A stretch of 64,000 bases of DNA from Octopus vulgaris (lineage: Eukaryota): assembly GCA_951406725.2 (NCBI GenBank), contig OX597823.1, forward strand, positions 98,022,001 to 98,086,000, in the 5' to 3' direction. The notes below the pieces were generated by a model, which made no database searches, was not told where the DNA came from, and saw nothing but the letters and a program-made list of their open reading frames with translations. Each line of letters starts with the position of its first letter. Position 1 is the stretch's first letter. Both the position numbers and the translations under genes were made by a program. Below, piece after piece: positions 26,953 to 40,080 of the stretch.

Positions 26953-27231
26953 GTAAGTATTTAAGTCTTGCTTCTATAAATTGGCTTAGCCCTCCTGCTT
27001 TTGTGTGTGCATGTGTGTGGTAGAGTTGATGAGTGATACATGGGCTGTCATAAGCATCCAAACCATATTCACAATTGACAAATGAAGGATGGTTTTATTG
27101 TAGTACTGCTACTTCGACTTTTCTTATAAGACTACCTGGAAATATGTCTTCTGGAAGCTTTAGTTATGCAACAACTTGCTATCTCTCTAAAACAACTATA
27201 TTCTAAATATACATTTCACTAACAAGGTTTG

Positions 27232-27558
27232 CATCATCATCATCGTTTAACGTCCGCTTTCCATGCTAGCATGGGTTGGACGATTTTGACTGAGGTCTGG
27301 CGAACCAGATGGCTGCACCAGGCTTCAATCTTGATCTGGCAGTTTCTACAGCTGGATGCCCTTCCTAATGCCTACCACTCCAAGAGTGTAGTGGGTGCTT
27401 TTTATGTGCCACCGCCACGGGGGCCTGTCAGGCGGTACTGGCAATGACCTCGCTCGAATCTTTTTACACATGCCAGTAAGGCGACATTGGTAATGATCAC
27501 GCTCGAATGGTGCCCTTTTACGTGCCACCGGTACGGAACCAGTTGGCTGCTCTGGCAA
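27232..27558 (-). mobile_element. RTE 3' UTR fragment
   Basis: (CAT)n CGTTTAACGTCCGCTTTCCATGCTAGCATGGG homology. Confidence 0.8.
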
Positions 27559-28832
27559 TATGTTTGTAGCATAACTGGTGAGGATTATTACTACACATAT
27601 TTTATAAAAATTTTAGGTAGATTTCAATAAATATATCTCTAAACTGTCTCATTGGATAAAGATATTGAAATCCATGATTTGTTGTATGTATTTCCACCAG
27701 ATAAGACTGAACTCAAAACACTCACATCATCATCATCGTCGTTTAATGACCAGAAAATATACTCATTCAAATGCTATTTGAATAAATCTGCAAAATATAT
27801 CGTAAATAGCCCAATCAATTTTTACTACCTAGGCAGATTTTAAAATTGTCAGAGTTGTTAAGTTATTTGTACACATACTCATACATATGAGGATTAGAGG
27901 GCTTGTGTGGCACATGGAATAATGCTGTTGGCTCTTTTATTTATTTTATTTATATTTATTTTCTTTTTTGTGTGTGTGTGTGTGTACATCTACTTTTACT
28001 TTAAAATGAAAATTTGCCTTTTTCTTTATCACAAGTTTCATAAATCAAAATTGGTGGAAATTCTTCAAATGTTTTAATATTTTTGACAATAATTGTTGTC
28101 TCTGCTTAACCAACCTAAAACTGTTTTAAACTCCTATTTTGTTCGTTTGAAAATTCAGTAATTCTGTCTGTCCCTCTCTTCCTCCTTTTAGCTCTGCCAC
28201 ACCACACTCCTTTACAAGTTTCCTTATACATTAGGTTTCTGACAGAGACACACCCACAAAGAATTTATAACATTCTTCTGGGTGGGTATGGGCACACATT
28301 TTTTAAGCCCTGTTTAAAAGAACTACTGTTGGAATTCCCAGCCAGGACTGTAATATGAATCCCTTTTAATGCTAGAGCAGGTCCTAATGGTTTCCAGCAC
28401 CTGTTGTTAGTTTCCATTTGCTATTTTCTCCAGCTCAATGGTTTGCAAATGTCACTCAAAGATTTCTTTAAATGTACATTAATTACTGTTTTCCTCTCTC
28501 TCTATTCAAAATATTCCATACTTTTATATGTATATGTGTCTATATGTAATTATACATATTCAGATTTGTTCATACTGTATAAAGCATGTGGTTATGTATG
28601 TATAAATAAACTGTAATTATCCAGTAAAACTCATACACATACAGGAATTGCATACATACATATCTCTGAAGCAACTAGTTATATTCCATCAAGACATGCT
28701 ATTTCAGAATGAAGATTTGTTTGTTTTTATAATTCTTTTCCTATTTAGTTTCTGTAAAAAAAAAATTAATAATAATAAACTCTGTGAAATAAAATTCCTT
28801 CTGATTGAACTTTTTTGAATTTAAGTTGTGTG

Positions 28833-28867
<35 letters not shown>

Positions 28868-31800
28868 GTCTAATTTTGGCAAAATCTTGTGTTTCTCTCT
28901 CTCTCTCTCCTTTTTTTTAATTATTCTATTTGTTCATTTATTTATACTTTTATATATTTATGCTTGTAAAGACGGCTAACCTTATTAGTTCTGGAGAAAT
29001 CTGATGCCAACTTGACGTCAGTAAGTTAGGGACTGGGAAATTGACTGAAAATGGTTCAAAGCTTTGTTACACATGCTGATATTGTAAAGCTAAAAGCTCA
29101 ACTTTTACCAATTATGAGATTGAAACACTTCTATCCTGTTATTTATTTATTTCATTACCCCCCAGACATGTCAGCATAGCCTAGACAAGCCTACAGTGAA
29201 GGCCTTTATGTGGATGCTCAACCTGCTAGAAATAGCAGCTGAATTTTCTTCATGTCCTACCATCTTAAAAAGATGTACATATTGGATAATGTAGACATGG
29301 ATTACTATGCCTTAATAAAAGGGGAGACGAACATCTTTGAACATCTGATTTCTCTGGGTACTTACCTGTGACTAAATGACATAGCCTAGAAGTAAAAAGT
29401 ATTAGCTTGTTGCTGACAATGTGGTTCAACACTTTCATTTAATCATCAAAAGCTATAACATTGGTTTATAGTTCGTATCAGTTAGGTTATAGGATCCAGT
29501 CTGGAGTGGTCAGCTGTGTCTCTTCTCATTGGGTTTGATGCAATAATAAGTACCAGTAATTTCTGGTGGCAAACTAGAGTGATGTAGACTTCACTACATT
29601 TATTGCTTATCTTTCTTTTAAGGAATTGAACTGAAATCAGAAGTTAACCTAGTAAACTTGATACTTGTCACGAAACATTTGATAGATCATATGTTTCCAT
29701 GCTGCTTATGCAAATAAGGGGTTGGCTAGGCTCTGTTGCATTTCCTACTACTATTTCTCATAAGAATATGTGAAAGTAGGTAGTTACACAGACTTGTCTA
29801 AATTATATTAAACCTGAAAAAAAAAAAAGGTAATAAATCAATGGTGATGAGATATGTCAACATGCAAATTATAAAACATTAAATTTCTGGAACAACTGAA
29901 TCTTCCTTTTTTAGAAGATTGATAAAAACTTTCTAAATTAAAAGTGAAAAGTAAATTTTTCCAAGTTGACAAGTTTTTGTCAATTTTCTTTTAAAACAAA
30001 CAAAAAAAAAACAGAGCCTAATTATATATCTTTTGATTGAATCTTATACATTTTCTTACTTTGTCATTCACTGCTGATATCTGGAACTGAAACAGCAGTC
30101 AAGAACTTGATGGGATGTTTCTGTGACTCAAGAAGGTCATTGCTAAATTTTTTATTCATTTCCTTCTTGTTCATCTCCTATCCTCTTGCTCAAATTTCAT
30201 ATTATATTTTGGAGTTATGAGAAGCTAGCTAATTTTATAACCCTTTCCATAAGTTAACCATTTAATGCTCTGAAGCTGTATGTATGCTATCATTCTAACC
30301 ATTTTGTTTCTGATCTCTCTTGATTTTGTTTGCAATTTTATGAAGGTTATTTAATCTTGTGTGCAAATATTTTTCTCTGATTCTCAGTTCTAGAGCTAAT
30401 GCTAGTAAATCAAGCATGACAGAAAGTAGGGGTTATTCAACTGGTCTTCGGTGGGAAAGTTCAAGTATCTCACAGGGGAAGCTAACTGAAAGCAAACATT
30501 GTCAGTCTTTTATATCCTTATTTCAATCTTCCGCTTTGCTATTCTGTTTAATGGTGCTACCAGGGTAACTGTGATTCTATTTTTGTTATTAATGATTGTC
30601 CGGGTGTTGTAATATTCACAGGCTTCATTAAGATTATATGCAGTTGTCCCCCCCCCCATCCATATGAAAAACAAATTATCCTTAATTGATTTTTGATTTT
30701 TTTTTTCTTCTCAAAATATTTCTTAATTATTTCTTAATTGAGTTTGACTCTTTAAAACAAATGGAATTACATGCAATGTCCCCACAAAGCAATGCAAATA
30801 TCTCCATCAGAATATGAAGGTGCAAGGAGTCGACATTATTAAAAATCTCCTAATGCTAATAATTCTTAACCTTTCCAAAATCAAAAAGACTGTTTAGTCA
30901 TGTGAATAACCTAATGTAAGGTAGAAATGCAGTTAATTAATTAAGCATTTAGTGAAGCAAGCCAACAGCTCAACATTACTGGTTGGAAGAAGGAATCTAT
31001 GAAACCACTCTGTTCAAATAATCTTTAGTAGACATGATGTGACTGTGTTTAATATGCTTTCAGAACTGATTTACTATACTTATACCCTAATAATGTGCTT
31101 TGGGAGTGTTGCCAAACTTGCCTGTTAAGACCATCAAACCAATGTCAATAGGGACAATGGATATTATAAATAATGATTTCATATATTGGTGCAAAACCTT
31201 AGAATAGATTGTGGTATTGTTCCTGTCTGAAAGGCATTAAATGTTACAAGTGGAATATTTCCAACTTGGAATCACATACATTTGTGATCCCAGTTTCAGA
31301 GCTTACCCTAGTACCATGACACTCAGTTAATATCATAAATAATGAGTCATAATGTTGAGTAGAACAGTGTCAACTTCTAAAGAGTTAAGTGTACATACTT
31401 GAGCTGTATCTACTAAATGGTATTGGTATCCCTTGCTCCACTTCCTGGCAACAACAGAGCTGGTAAGAAGTAAAAGCAAATGACTGGGTGATATGACACT
31501 ATGTAGAAATTGGGAAGTACATGACAACAACATATCAATAAATGATTTATTTCTAGAGAGATTGTTGGTTCATAACTTCACTTTGGCTATTGTAAGGAGA
31601 AGTAAACTATAATAAGAAGTCAATAGAAGAATGAAAGTGAAATAGTGTTGCTGTTGTTGTTGTTGGATAGCTGGCTAATAAAAATGAATATAAGTTAGCT
31701 ATAATAATAATAATATTATCACTCACATAATAGATATTGTGGATCCTTGTGGTACCAATATATAATGTTCTAATACATAATGACAGATTAGGCAATATTT

Positions 31801-32363
31801 ATGCAAGTATATGATGATATTCTTTTGATAAAACTCACCAATTAAGATGTTTGTTTAGTCACTAAATCTTTTTAGCAATATTTCCAAGAGAACTTTTGAA
31901 TATGCATATTGGTATTCATTAAAGAATTATCAACAATTAGGTTGTGTTAGGTGACTTTATAATTGATGACTAAATTGTGCAGCTCAGTGAGCCCTAAAAA
32001 TCAGTTAAGTAATTAGAAAGGATACTTTTTCCCTTCATATAAGAAAATTATAAAATTTGATCTTATGAACTTCCAAATATAATCGAAGGAAAATTTGTAT
32101 TTTCCTGTACTTGTGTTGTTGAATGGATTCGTTTCAAACAACTACCATTCATTGCTGTATAAATGACTAAACAGATCCAGTTTGAAACCAGCCCATGTTC
32201 TATTTAGGTGAAACTAGATACTTTGACTCCTAATCAAAGTAAGGCTAACAGTCATATATTCATTCGTCTACTTTTGAGTTTGATTAATAACAATAAATAT
32301 TATTAGATTGTTATATGTACAGTGAACAATAAGAATCAAAATGACTTGTATATCTATTCTTAA

Positions 32364-32729
32364 CTAGCACTATGACCCAGCGTTGCCATGTCATAGTGCT
32401 AGTACATGAATATACAGCTGCGTGCGTGCGCACATACATGCGAGTACTGTCCAAATCTCTGACCAATCACATACAGCTAGCTGGCATTCAATTGGCATAT
32501 CGAGTTTCGGGCATTTTGATTGTGTTTTGGATAGAAAATTCACAAAAAAGTCACTTCTATTGATTTTTTAATGGCTTTGCGGGGTGACTGAGGAAATGTA
32601 AAGATGTGCACGACCACCCTTGGACGGTTTTGAATGACCATAGAAAGTGCGAGCCCTCTAACTGAAAAATTGTGGATTTGTATAAAGGATACACACACAC
32701 ACACATTTTGCCGTTTATATATATAGAGA
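32364..32729 (-). mobile_element. complete non-autonomous Helitron (~366 bp)
   Basis: Minus strand A|TCTCTATATATATAAACGG ... GTGCTAG|T: inserted in an AT dinucleotide with no TSD. Perfect 14-bp inverted repeat ACTAGCACTATGAC (32363-32376) / GTCATAGTGCTAGT (32390-32403) at the 3' end. Confidence 0.8.
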
Positions 32730-33656
32730 TATGTTCTGGCAAATTCAAACATGAATATGCCAATTGCTGTTGTGTTTCATCGCTAGAGAACAATTCCTTG
32801 ACAAAGAATGTGTGTTCATAACACACTCAATTCATTAACACAAGGGACTCTAGGACAAAGTTGTCACAACACAGATTAAGGTGCCTGGAAAATGTCAGTG
32901 TGCGGAATCTCCACAAGGATTTATGTTCTTGGTGAATGAAATTTCAGGCTTTTGCAGTAAATTTGGAAGTGTCCCACACTATTATTTGGTTGCTAAAAAT
33001 GAAAACAAAATTGATACTTCAAGAATTGGAGATCAGGAACCGTGACATCCTGTGATCAGTTCACTGTTGCAGTTAGAATTTATATGCAGTGACTCTTGTA
33101 TTTTGATAAGAACTTGATGCTGTGCAAGATCAGGGAAATTCTAAATGCTTATTAATATTCAAAACATGACAAAACTACCACTGCACTCAAAATAAATTCT
33201 GCTAACAGAATGATTTCTGCTGAAGGAATTAGCAAGTATTCATTTTTGTAGTCAATCAAAATACTTATCAGATATGCAAAATCAACAAATTGATGGATTA
33301 TATTGAAACTTTAGCATCTAATATGAACTTATAGGTTAATTTTCTTGCATGACCACATTCCAGTAATCTAATTCTTCTGGTATTCTTATTAAGAGAATTA
33401 AAGATCTGCATCTTTATAGTTTCCTTCATTCTCTGATTCTTTATTCAATGAAATATTCAAAAATCAAGAATTGATGAAAGTTTGGGCTTTTACAAACTGA
33501 TAAATGCATCAAAAAGTTCACCTTAAATGCATGAATTGTAAAATAACAGGCTTTTCTTTTATCGAAGCAAATAAAATGTATTTTGCTGATTGTTTTGTAT
33601 ATGGAATTACATAATACATTGGTTCTTATATTATTAGTAATATTTTAGTTACTGTA

Positions 33657-33872
33657 TAAGGCAGCAAGCTGGCAGAATTGTTAGCTTGCTGGGCAAGAAG
33701 CTTAGCAACATTTCGTTCCATTTTTACATTCTGAGTTCAAATTCAGCTGAGGTTGACTTTGACTTTTATCCTTTCAGGGTCAATAAAATTAAGTTTCAGT
33801 TGAGCACTAGGATTGATTTAATCAACTTATACTCTCCCCCAAAATTGCTGGCCTTGTTGCCAAAATTTGAAA
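33657..33872 (+). mobile_element. family B SINE, diverged
   Basis: AAGGCAGCAAGCTGGCAGAA...GAGTTCAAATTC...GACTTTGACTTTTATCCTTTC. Confidence 0.75.
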
Positions 33873-34276
33873 TTAATATTTTTGTTGTTGCATCTCATCA
33901 CAAGAACAAGTGTTTGATGGGACCTATTGCTTATCTTTTTACAACAGTATTAGTGAGCTTTTGTAACGTTTCATAAAAATTACTTGCCATTCCATCATTT
34001 ATTGTGCCATGCTAGACTAATGGTTACTGATATATGGCAGCTTACTCAATAATAAAAAGCTGATTCTGTGGCTGTTAACCCAACATCTGAAAACAATTAT
34101 TTGATCTACCATATAGAGCACATCTGAATTTAGTAAAATCTCTCCTTTCAGGTGGGAGAAATTTCAAGTTGACCCCCCCCCCTCCTCTCTCTCTCTCTCT
34201 CTCTCTCTAACACATTCTTTGGTCTATCTGAAGTTTTTATCAGACAAATTACACTGCATTTTGGTATATTTTATGA

Positions 34277-34414
<138 letters not shown>

Positions 34415-34683
34415 TAAGTACTGCTAGGATCTATAATGTTCCAGCTTCCAGTTATCAACCAAGATATGTTGAACAACTCCAGCTTTCTGATATTTATTTT
34501 ACAGCCGTTTCCAAGACTACATATTTAATCAATATATTTCAGCTTTCTTTATGTCACTCAGTGTTGCTGAATTACCAGTTTAGACATAGCAGCATTCCTT
34601 GCTAAACAATTCCACATTTCAATTTAACCCCTGAATCAAAAACATTTGTTTGATGTACTTACCATTCTGACTAGTCACTGATT

Positions 34684-34988
34684 ATCGATCAAAAATCAAT
34701 GGATATTGTAGTTGTGATACCAGTGCTGGTGGCACCTAAAAGAACCATCCGAACGTGGCCGTTGCCAGCACCGCCTCGCCTGGCACCCATGCCGGTGGCG
34801 CGCAAAAAGCACCCACTACACTCACGGAGTGGTTGGCATTAAGAAGGGCATCCAGCTGTAGAAACACTGCCAGATCAGACTGGGCCTGGTGCAGCCTCCT
34901 GGCTTCCCAGACCCCGGTCGAACCGTCCAACCCATGCTAGCATGGAAAGTGGACGTTAAACGATGATGATGATGATAATAATGATGAT
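34684..34988 (+). mobile_element. RTE 3' UTR fragment
   Basis: Matches 23880-24234; (TGA)n tail. Confidence 0.85.
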
Positions 34989-35810
34989 CAGCATTGACGG
35001 AAACAGCCATGGCTAGTGATGAATTTGCTGGCTTCTTTCAGGAGGGTAATGGGATTTAAACAACCGGTTCCTAGAAATGATCCAGAAGGTTGATACATGC
35101 TTCTATAGGGATGGATGTCAGGCTTTTATTTCTGTACCAATGCAAGAAGTCCACTGTCTTCAGTTGTCAAGCTGGTTTTAAGAGTCTTAATAAATTGGGC
35201 TTTTTCAATCTTATGATCAGAGTATCTTATCAAAACACATGCTTTGTTCAGCATTTCTTTTTTATGTAAAAAAAAAAAAAAAGAGACCAAGTTCTTATTT
35301 GTGTAAATGTTAAGGATTGAATTATATGGTACAGGTGATCCAGTATAAATTTGTGCACCATATGCACACCTACAAATATACATTTTTTACATGACTTATC
35401 CCTTGTCCATTACAGCTATTACTAATCCTTGGTAAAATATGTATCAAAGGGCAATATTTTTGTTTCTTAGTGCATCACAAAGACTAAGTAGTTTGTGTCA
35501 TAGAGCTTAGACAGTGTCGAAAGGGTTTTAAAAAGTTTAACACTTTACTACTAAATTTTTTTCAATTGGTAGAAAATAGATGACTATTGACCTCACCTTC
35601 TGGCAAGAAATTTTAATTATTTTTAATTTTTAGTAGTCTTAATTAATAAAAAAAAACCAGGATAGTTGAAGCAGAACCATATTTTGTTTAAAATTCCCTG
35701 TATCTTAAAGATGTGTGTTTGTGCTTACATCCCGGTCTCTGGATTTGTTTTAGTCCAATATCATTAAATTTTCCATAGATTGTAATAATTGAATCTCTTT
35801 CTCATTGCAG

Positions 35811-35919
35811 TTTTGAGGAAATATATAAATTTCAAAAACAGATCTTAAGAGTAAAAGATCGAGATGAATTCCCCATGATTTTAGTTGCAAATAAGGCAGA
35901 TTTAGAAGATAACCGATCG
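35811..35919 (+). CDS. RRAS2: R-Ras2 coding exon 4 (G4 NKxD)
   Basis: ttgcag|TTTTGAG...CGATCG|gtaagt; 109 nt; [36 protein letters not shown]. Confidence 0.96.
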
Positions 35920-36187
35920 GTAAGTCTTAAAACCACTATTACTATTTTTATATTGATTCATTAGAAAACATGTAAATCAAAGGAATTAAGTGAAGTGCCC
36001 AAAAGTTTCTCTTTCATCAGTTGCTGCCTGAAATATTCTGCTCTAAACTTGATATCAGTGAAATGATTCATATTTATTTTAATACTCTAAAAAGATTCAG
36101 AGGTCAGTTTTATCATAGCAAGATTTTCTTTCTGATTCACCAATCACCAACATAGAATATCTTTACTAATGATCTTACATCTGTCCG

Positions 36188-36555
36188 GAAGTTTGCTCCC
36201 AACCACATGGTTTCAAGTTGAGTGTGGTACCTTTGGCAAATGTCTTCTACAATAGTCCTGGTCAACCAATGGCATGTGAGTGGATTTAGTTGACAGAAAC
36301 TAAAAGAAACTCATTGTGTATTTATGTCTCTTCATCTTGACATTGTATGATATTGTAAACAAGTGTCACCATCATACAAGTCATATTGTTCATTTCCAAT
36401 TTTCCATGAAATTATGTCTGGCCACGGGGAAGTATTACCTTGCTTGGAAACATGTGAGGGTTAGCAACAGGAAGGGCATCCAGTTGTACAAAATCTGTTT
36501 CAGTGAATTCCATCTGACCCATGCTAGCATGGAAAAGTGGACATTAAATTGATGT
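36188..36555 (+). mobile_element. old SINE with family A head and RTE-derived 3' tail
   Basis: Head CCCAACCACATGG...CCTTTGGCAAATGTCTTCTAC; tail AGGAAGGGCATCCAG...ACCCATGCTAGCATGGAAAAGTGGACATTAAA. Confidence 0.7.
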
Positions 36556-36941
36556 GGTGATTGTAATTCATTGTTGTTGTGGCTGCCCCAATAGAAGTTT
36601 AATATTTTAATATACATTGAAGTAGCATATGAGATTTGAAATTTCTAAGGAGGACTATGCTTCAGGCAAGTTTGGTAGAGCAATTTGCTTTCCATGCAAG
36701 GTAGGATACTACATCAAGAATGCTACTCGGTAGGCACTATAGTCATTGGTTACAAGTTTTCAATGGACCAGTTACAGGTTTACTGCATTTCTGGTAGCAA
36801 AAGCGGCAGTGGAGTGTCTTTGCCTTGTTGCACTACGAATATCATGAAGGACTTTGCACCAAGAGCATCAGCTTTTGAAATCGCTTACCATTGCTTATAT
36901 CTCTGCTGATGTACTTTGTTAAAGAATATGCACGCACGCAC

Positions 36942-36980
<39 letters not shown>

Positions 36981-37582
36981 TATAGTGAAGACCGACCTGA
37001 AGTTTTAAGGAGGTTACAAAGGACCAAGTGGATTGTTGATGTGCTGTTCAGGAGGAGACTGTTTTGGCTCTCAGGGCATGACAAAATACATTGTGTACAT
37101 ATATGCACGTACAGTTAGTATGAATGTACATGTATAAACATATTTATGTGTGTGTAGGTGTATCTAAGTTTATCTGCATACTGTGAAGTCTACATCATTG
37201 ACTTCTTTGATGGCCTCTCATTCCTTTAACACTCTACCATTTCTGCTTCCTATCATTTGCTCTAAGGTACATTCCCCCATATCTTACATCCCTTTATCAC
37301 TCATTTGTCTATCACCCATACCACTGTTACCTGTGTCTCTCTATCGCTTATGCCTCTTGCACAAATGCCCATTATTGCTCATCTCTCAAATCACTTCCCC
37401 TTCTTATCATTCTTGTTGTACCATACACTGCCAGTGTCACTAAGATGGCAGTAGATCTCTTCTGTTCACTGTACAATTCCTTTAGTGCAGTAACTAAGTA
37501 TACCACTGCATCTGTCACCAACAAAATACTCGCTTGCTTTAATTTTTATTCCTTTTTCCTTCATCATTATCACCTTCACCTT

Positions 37583-38046
37583 CATAAGATCTGGTCATCA
37601 AATCTAAGTAGAGATTTCAAACTTAAAATCTTCAAAGCCACAGTCGAACCAATTCTACTATATGGCTCAGAAACCTGGACATTATCAAAGAAGCTTGAGA
37701 GGTGGTTGGATGGAACTTACACTCGCCTCCTTATGAGAGCTCAAAATATCTCGTGGAAGCATCATCCAACCAGAGTACAAATATATGAGAAATTACCACC
37801 TGTGTCATCTCTTGTGAAAGGTAGGAGAGTCCAGTTTGTTGTAGAGCTGAAAACGAGGTATTTTCTACTCTTCTTCTCTGGAAGCCATCTGCTCGCGATA
37901 CCAGAGGGTGCACACTCCTACCCTGAGGTAATCTCTAGGGATACAGGCATCCAGCAACGGTACCTCCATAATGCTATGATGGACCATGAAGTCTGGTGTA
38001 ACATAGTAAATTCCATTGTCTCAACCACGGTCGAACAATGAATGAA
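37583..38046 (+). mobile_element. RTE-like LINE 3' fragment (different family)
   Basis: KIWSSNLSRDFKLKIFKATVEPILLYGSETWTLSKK...LMRAQNISWK within ORF 37445-38041; short ATGA tail. Confidence 0.8.
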
Positions 38047-38469
38047 ATCACCTTCTCATAGTATATGCTTAGGGGACCTCATCAGATATGCTTATACCCC
38101 ATATAATTTGCCTACACACACTCCTGGTTGTTTGGTATTGACAGCCTTCATTTATCTATCCCTTGTTATCCATCATGCTTTCAACCCTTATTCTCTCTAG
38201 TACTGGTGCCACAGTAAAATGCACCCTATGCACTCTGTTAAGTGTAGAATCAAGGGATCTTTTCAGTCATGTCAAAGACTTGACAACCTCCAAACTGCAC
38301 CTTGTACACCCTGTAAAGTGGTTGGTGTGATCAAACCATAGAAACCAAGGCATGAGTGAGATCTGGTCCTCGAACCCATCTAGGAGTGCGATAATGACCT
38401 GTCCAACCCATGCCAGCTTGGAAAGCAGGTATGAAATGCCATCAGTAATATATATATATATATATATAA

Positions 38470-39113
38470 TTAATTAATAAGGGTGAGAGAATTAGATACT
38501 AATTTAATAGTATATCTATTCAACACCAAGTGGCCTAGTGCTCCGAGAAACCTGGATTATTATAATATTTTATAATATATTATAATATTTTTACAAAATA
38601 AATATAAGAGAGTGGTCACTATATGGCTCACTCTAGCACCAGTTAATCCAAAAGGTTTCAACCACAAAAATACATGTTTCCCATGAAAGTCAGTACGATT
38701 GTTAGCTCACTCGGACAGGGCAAATAAAAAATAACAAAAATACAGATTATTTTGGGACAATTGTTTCGCTATTAATGGCATTTGAATTATAACGTCGGAT
38801 GTAATCAATTGAACCACACGCGTATTTATCGTTATGGTAAAATCTGGCGTGTGATTGAGTGGATTTCATCCAGATAGTTTTGGCTGACGAGCTACAAGTG
38901 GATTTTTTTGTAAGTAAAATTACATTTAATTCATTAATAGCGAAACAATTGTCCCAAAATAATCTGTATTTTTGTTATTTTTTATTTGCCCTGTCCGTGT
39001 GAGCTAACAATCGTACTGACTTTCATGGGAAACATGTATTTTTGTGGTTGAAACCTTTTGGATTAACTGGTGCTAGAGTGAGCCATATAGTGACCACTCT
39101 CTTATATTTATTT

Positions 39114-39114
<1 letters not shown>
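38470..39114. mobile_element. Penelope-like pseudo-LTR fragment with inverted partial duplication, between (TA)n tracts
   Basis: Arms 38595-38777 and 38932-39114 (183 bp, one mismatch seen); (TA)n on both sides; contains a hammerhead motif. Confidence 0.7.
38877..38960 (+). ncRNA. type I hammerhead ribozyme, intact core
   Basis: Stem I GTTTTGG(38877-83)/CCAAAAT(38954-60); CTGACGA 38884-90; stem II GCTA.../...TAGC with extension; GAAA 38942-45; palindromic stem III CAATTG 38946-51; GUC site with predicted cleavage after 38953. Confidence 0.85.
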
Positions 39115-39146
<32 letters not shown>

Positions 39147-39149
<3 letters not shown>

Positions 39150-39360
39150 TCATCATCATCATCATTTAACATTCCCTTTTCTGTGCTGGCATGGGTTAGT
39201 TGGTTGGATGATTTGACAGGAACTGACAAGCCAGAGGGCTGTGTCTAATTTCAAGATCGGCTTTTATATGGTTTCTACAGTTGGATGTCCTTCTTAACAC
39301 CAACCACTTTCCAGAGTGTACTGCATGTTTTTTTTTTTTTTTATGGCACCAGCCCAAAGG
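39147..39360 (-). mobile_element. diverged RTE 3' UTR fragment
   Basis: (CAT)n TTTAACATTCC...GGCATGGGTT...TTTCTACAGTTGGATGTCCTTC. Confidence 0.7.
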
Positions 39361-39852
39361 TTGCCAAGTACTCACACAAGGCAAGATCCTTCAGCTAAGT
39401 GGGATATGATATTGAAGGATGTGAAAGTATGGTAGGAGGACAGGAACAGGTGTCTTGCTGAAGAGAAGATATGTGGCTTCCCAGCTAGAAAAAGAGAGAG
39501 AAATGATGAGGGCATATATATTAACCAATGGTGTACGTAACAGACAGATGTAAACACGTCTTTATGTATAATATATCTGCAGACAGAGAAAGAGCTATCA
39601 GCTAGACTAGTTTCAATCCTGTGTTAGGATGTACTTCCATCATTGGGCTGTAACTAGTCCAACTAATTTCTGTTTTTCTACCCACAAAGATATTTTATGA
39701 AAAGATATGGTTTTCACATCTGTCTATTAGAGACAATGTTGCTAAATTCTATTGATATATTCTCTCATAATGAATAACAATGACACAAAATACTCTTAAC
39801 AAACCAGTAATATATTAATCAGACTATCCAAGTATGTGTTGTGTATGCAAAT

Positions 39853-40080
39853 CTTATTTCTTTACTACCCACAAGGGGCTAAACACAGAGGAGACAAACA
39901 AGGACAGACAGACGGATTAAGTCGATTATATCGACCCCAGTGCATAACTGGTACTTAATTTATCAACCCCGAAAGGATGAAAGGCAAAGCCGGCCTCGGC
40001 AGAATTTGAACTCAGAACGTAGCGGCAAACGAAATACGGCTATGCATTTCGCCTGGTGTACTAATGTTTCTGCCAGCTCA
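39853..40080 (-). mobile_element. family B SINE, young
   Basis: Reverse complement of 14610-14841. Confidence 0.88.

Noticed and set aside
39016-39040. Second hammerhead-like string CTGAC...GAAACATGTA inside the inverted arm
   Set aside because: The core reads CTGACTT rather than CTGANGA and stem I cannot form.
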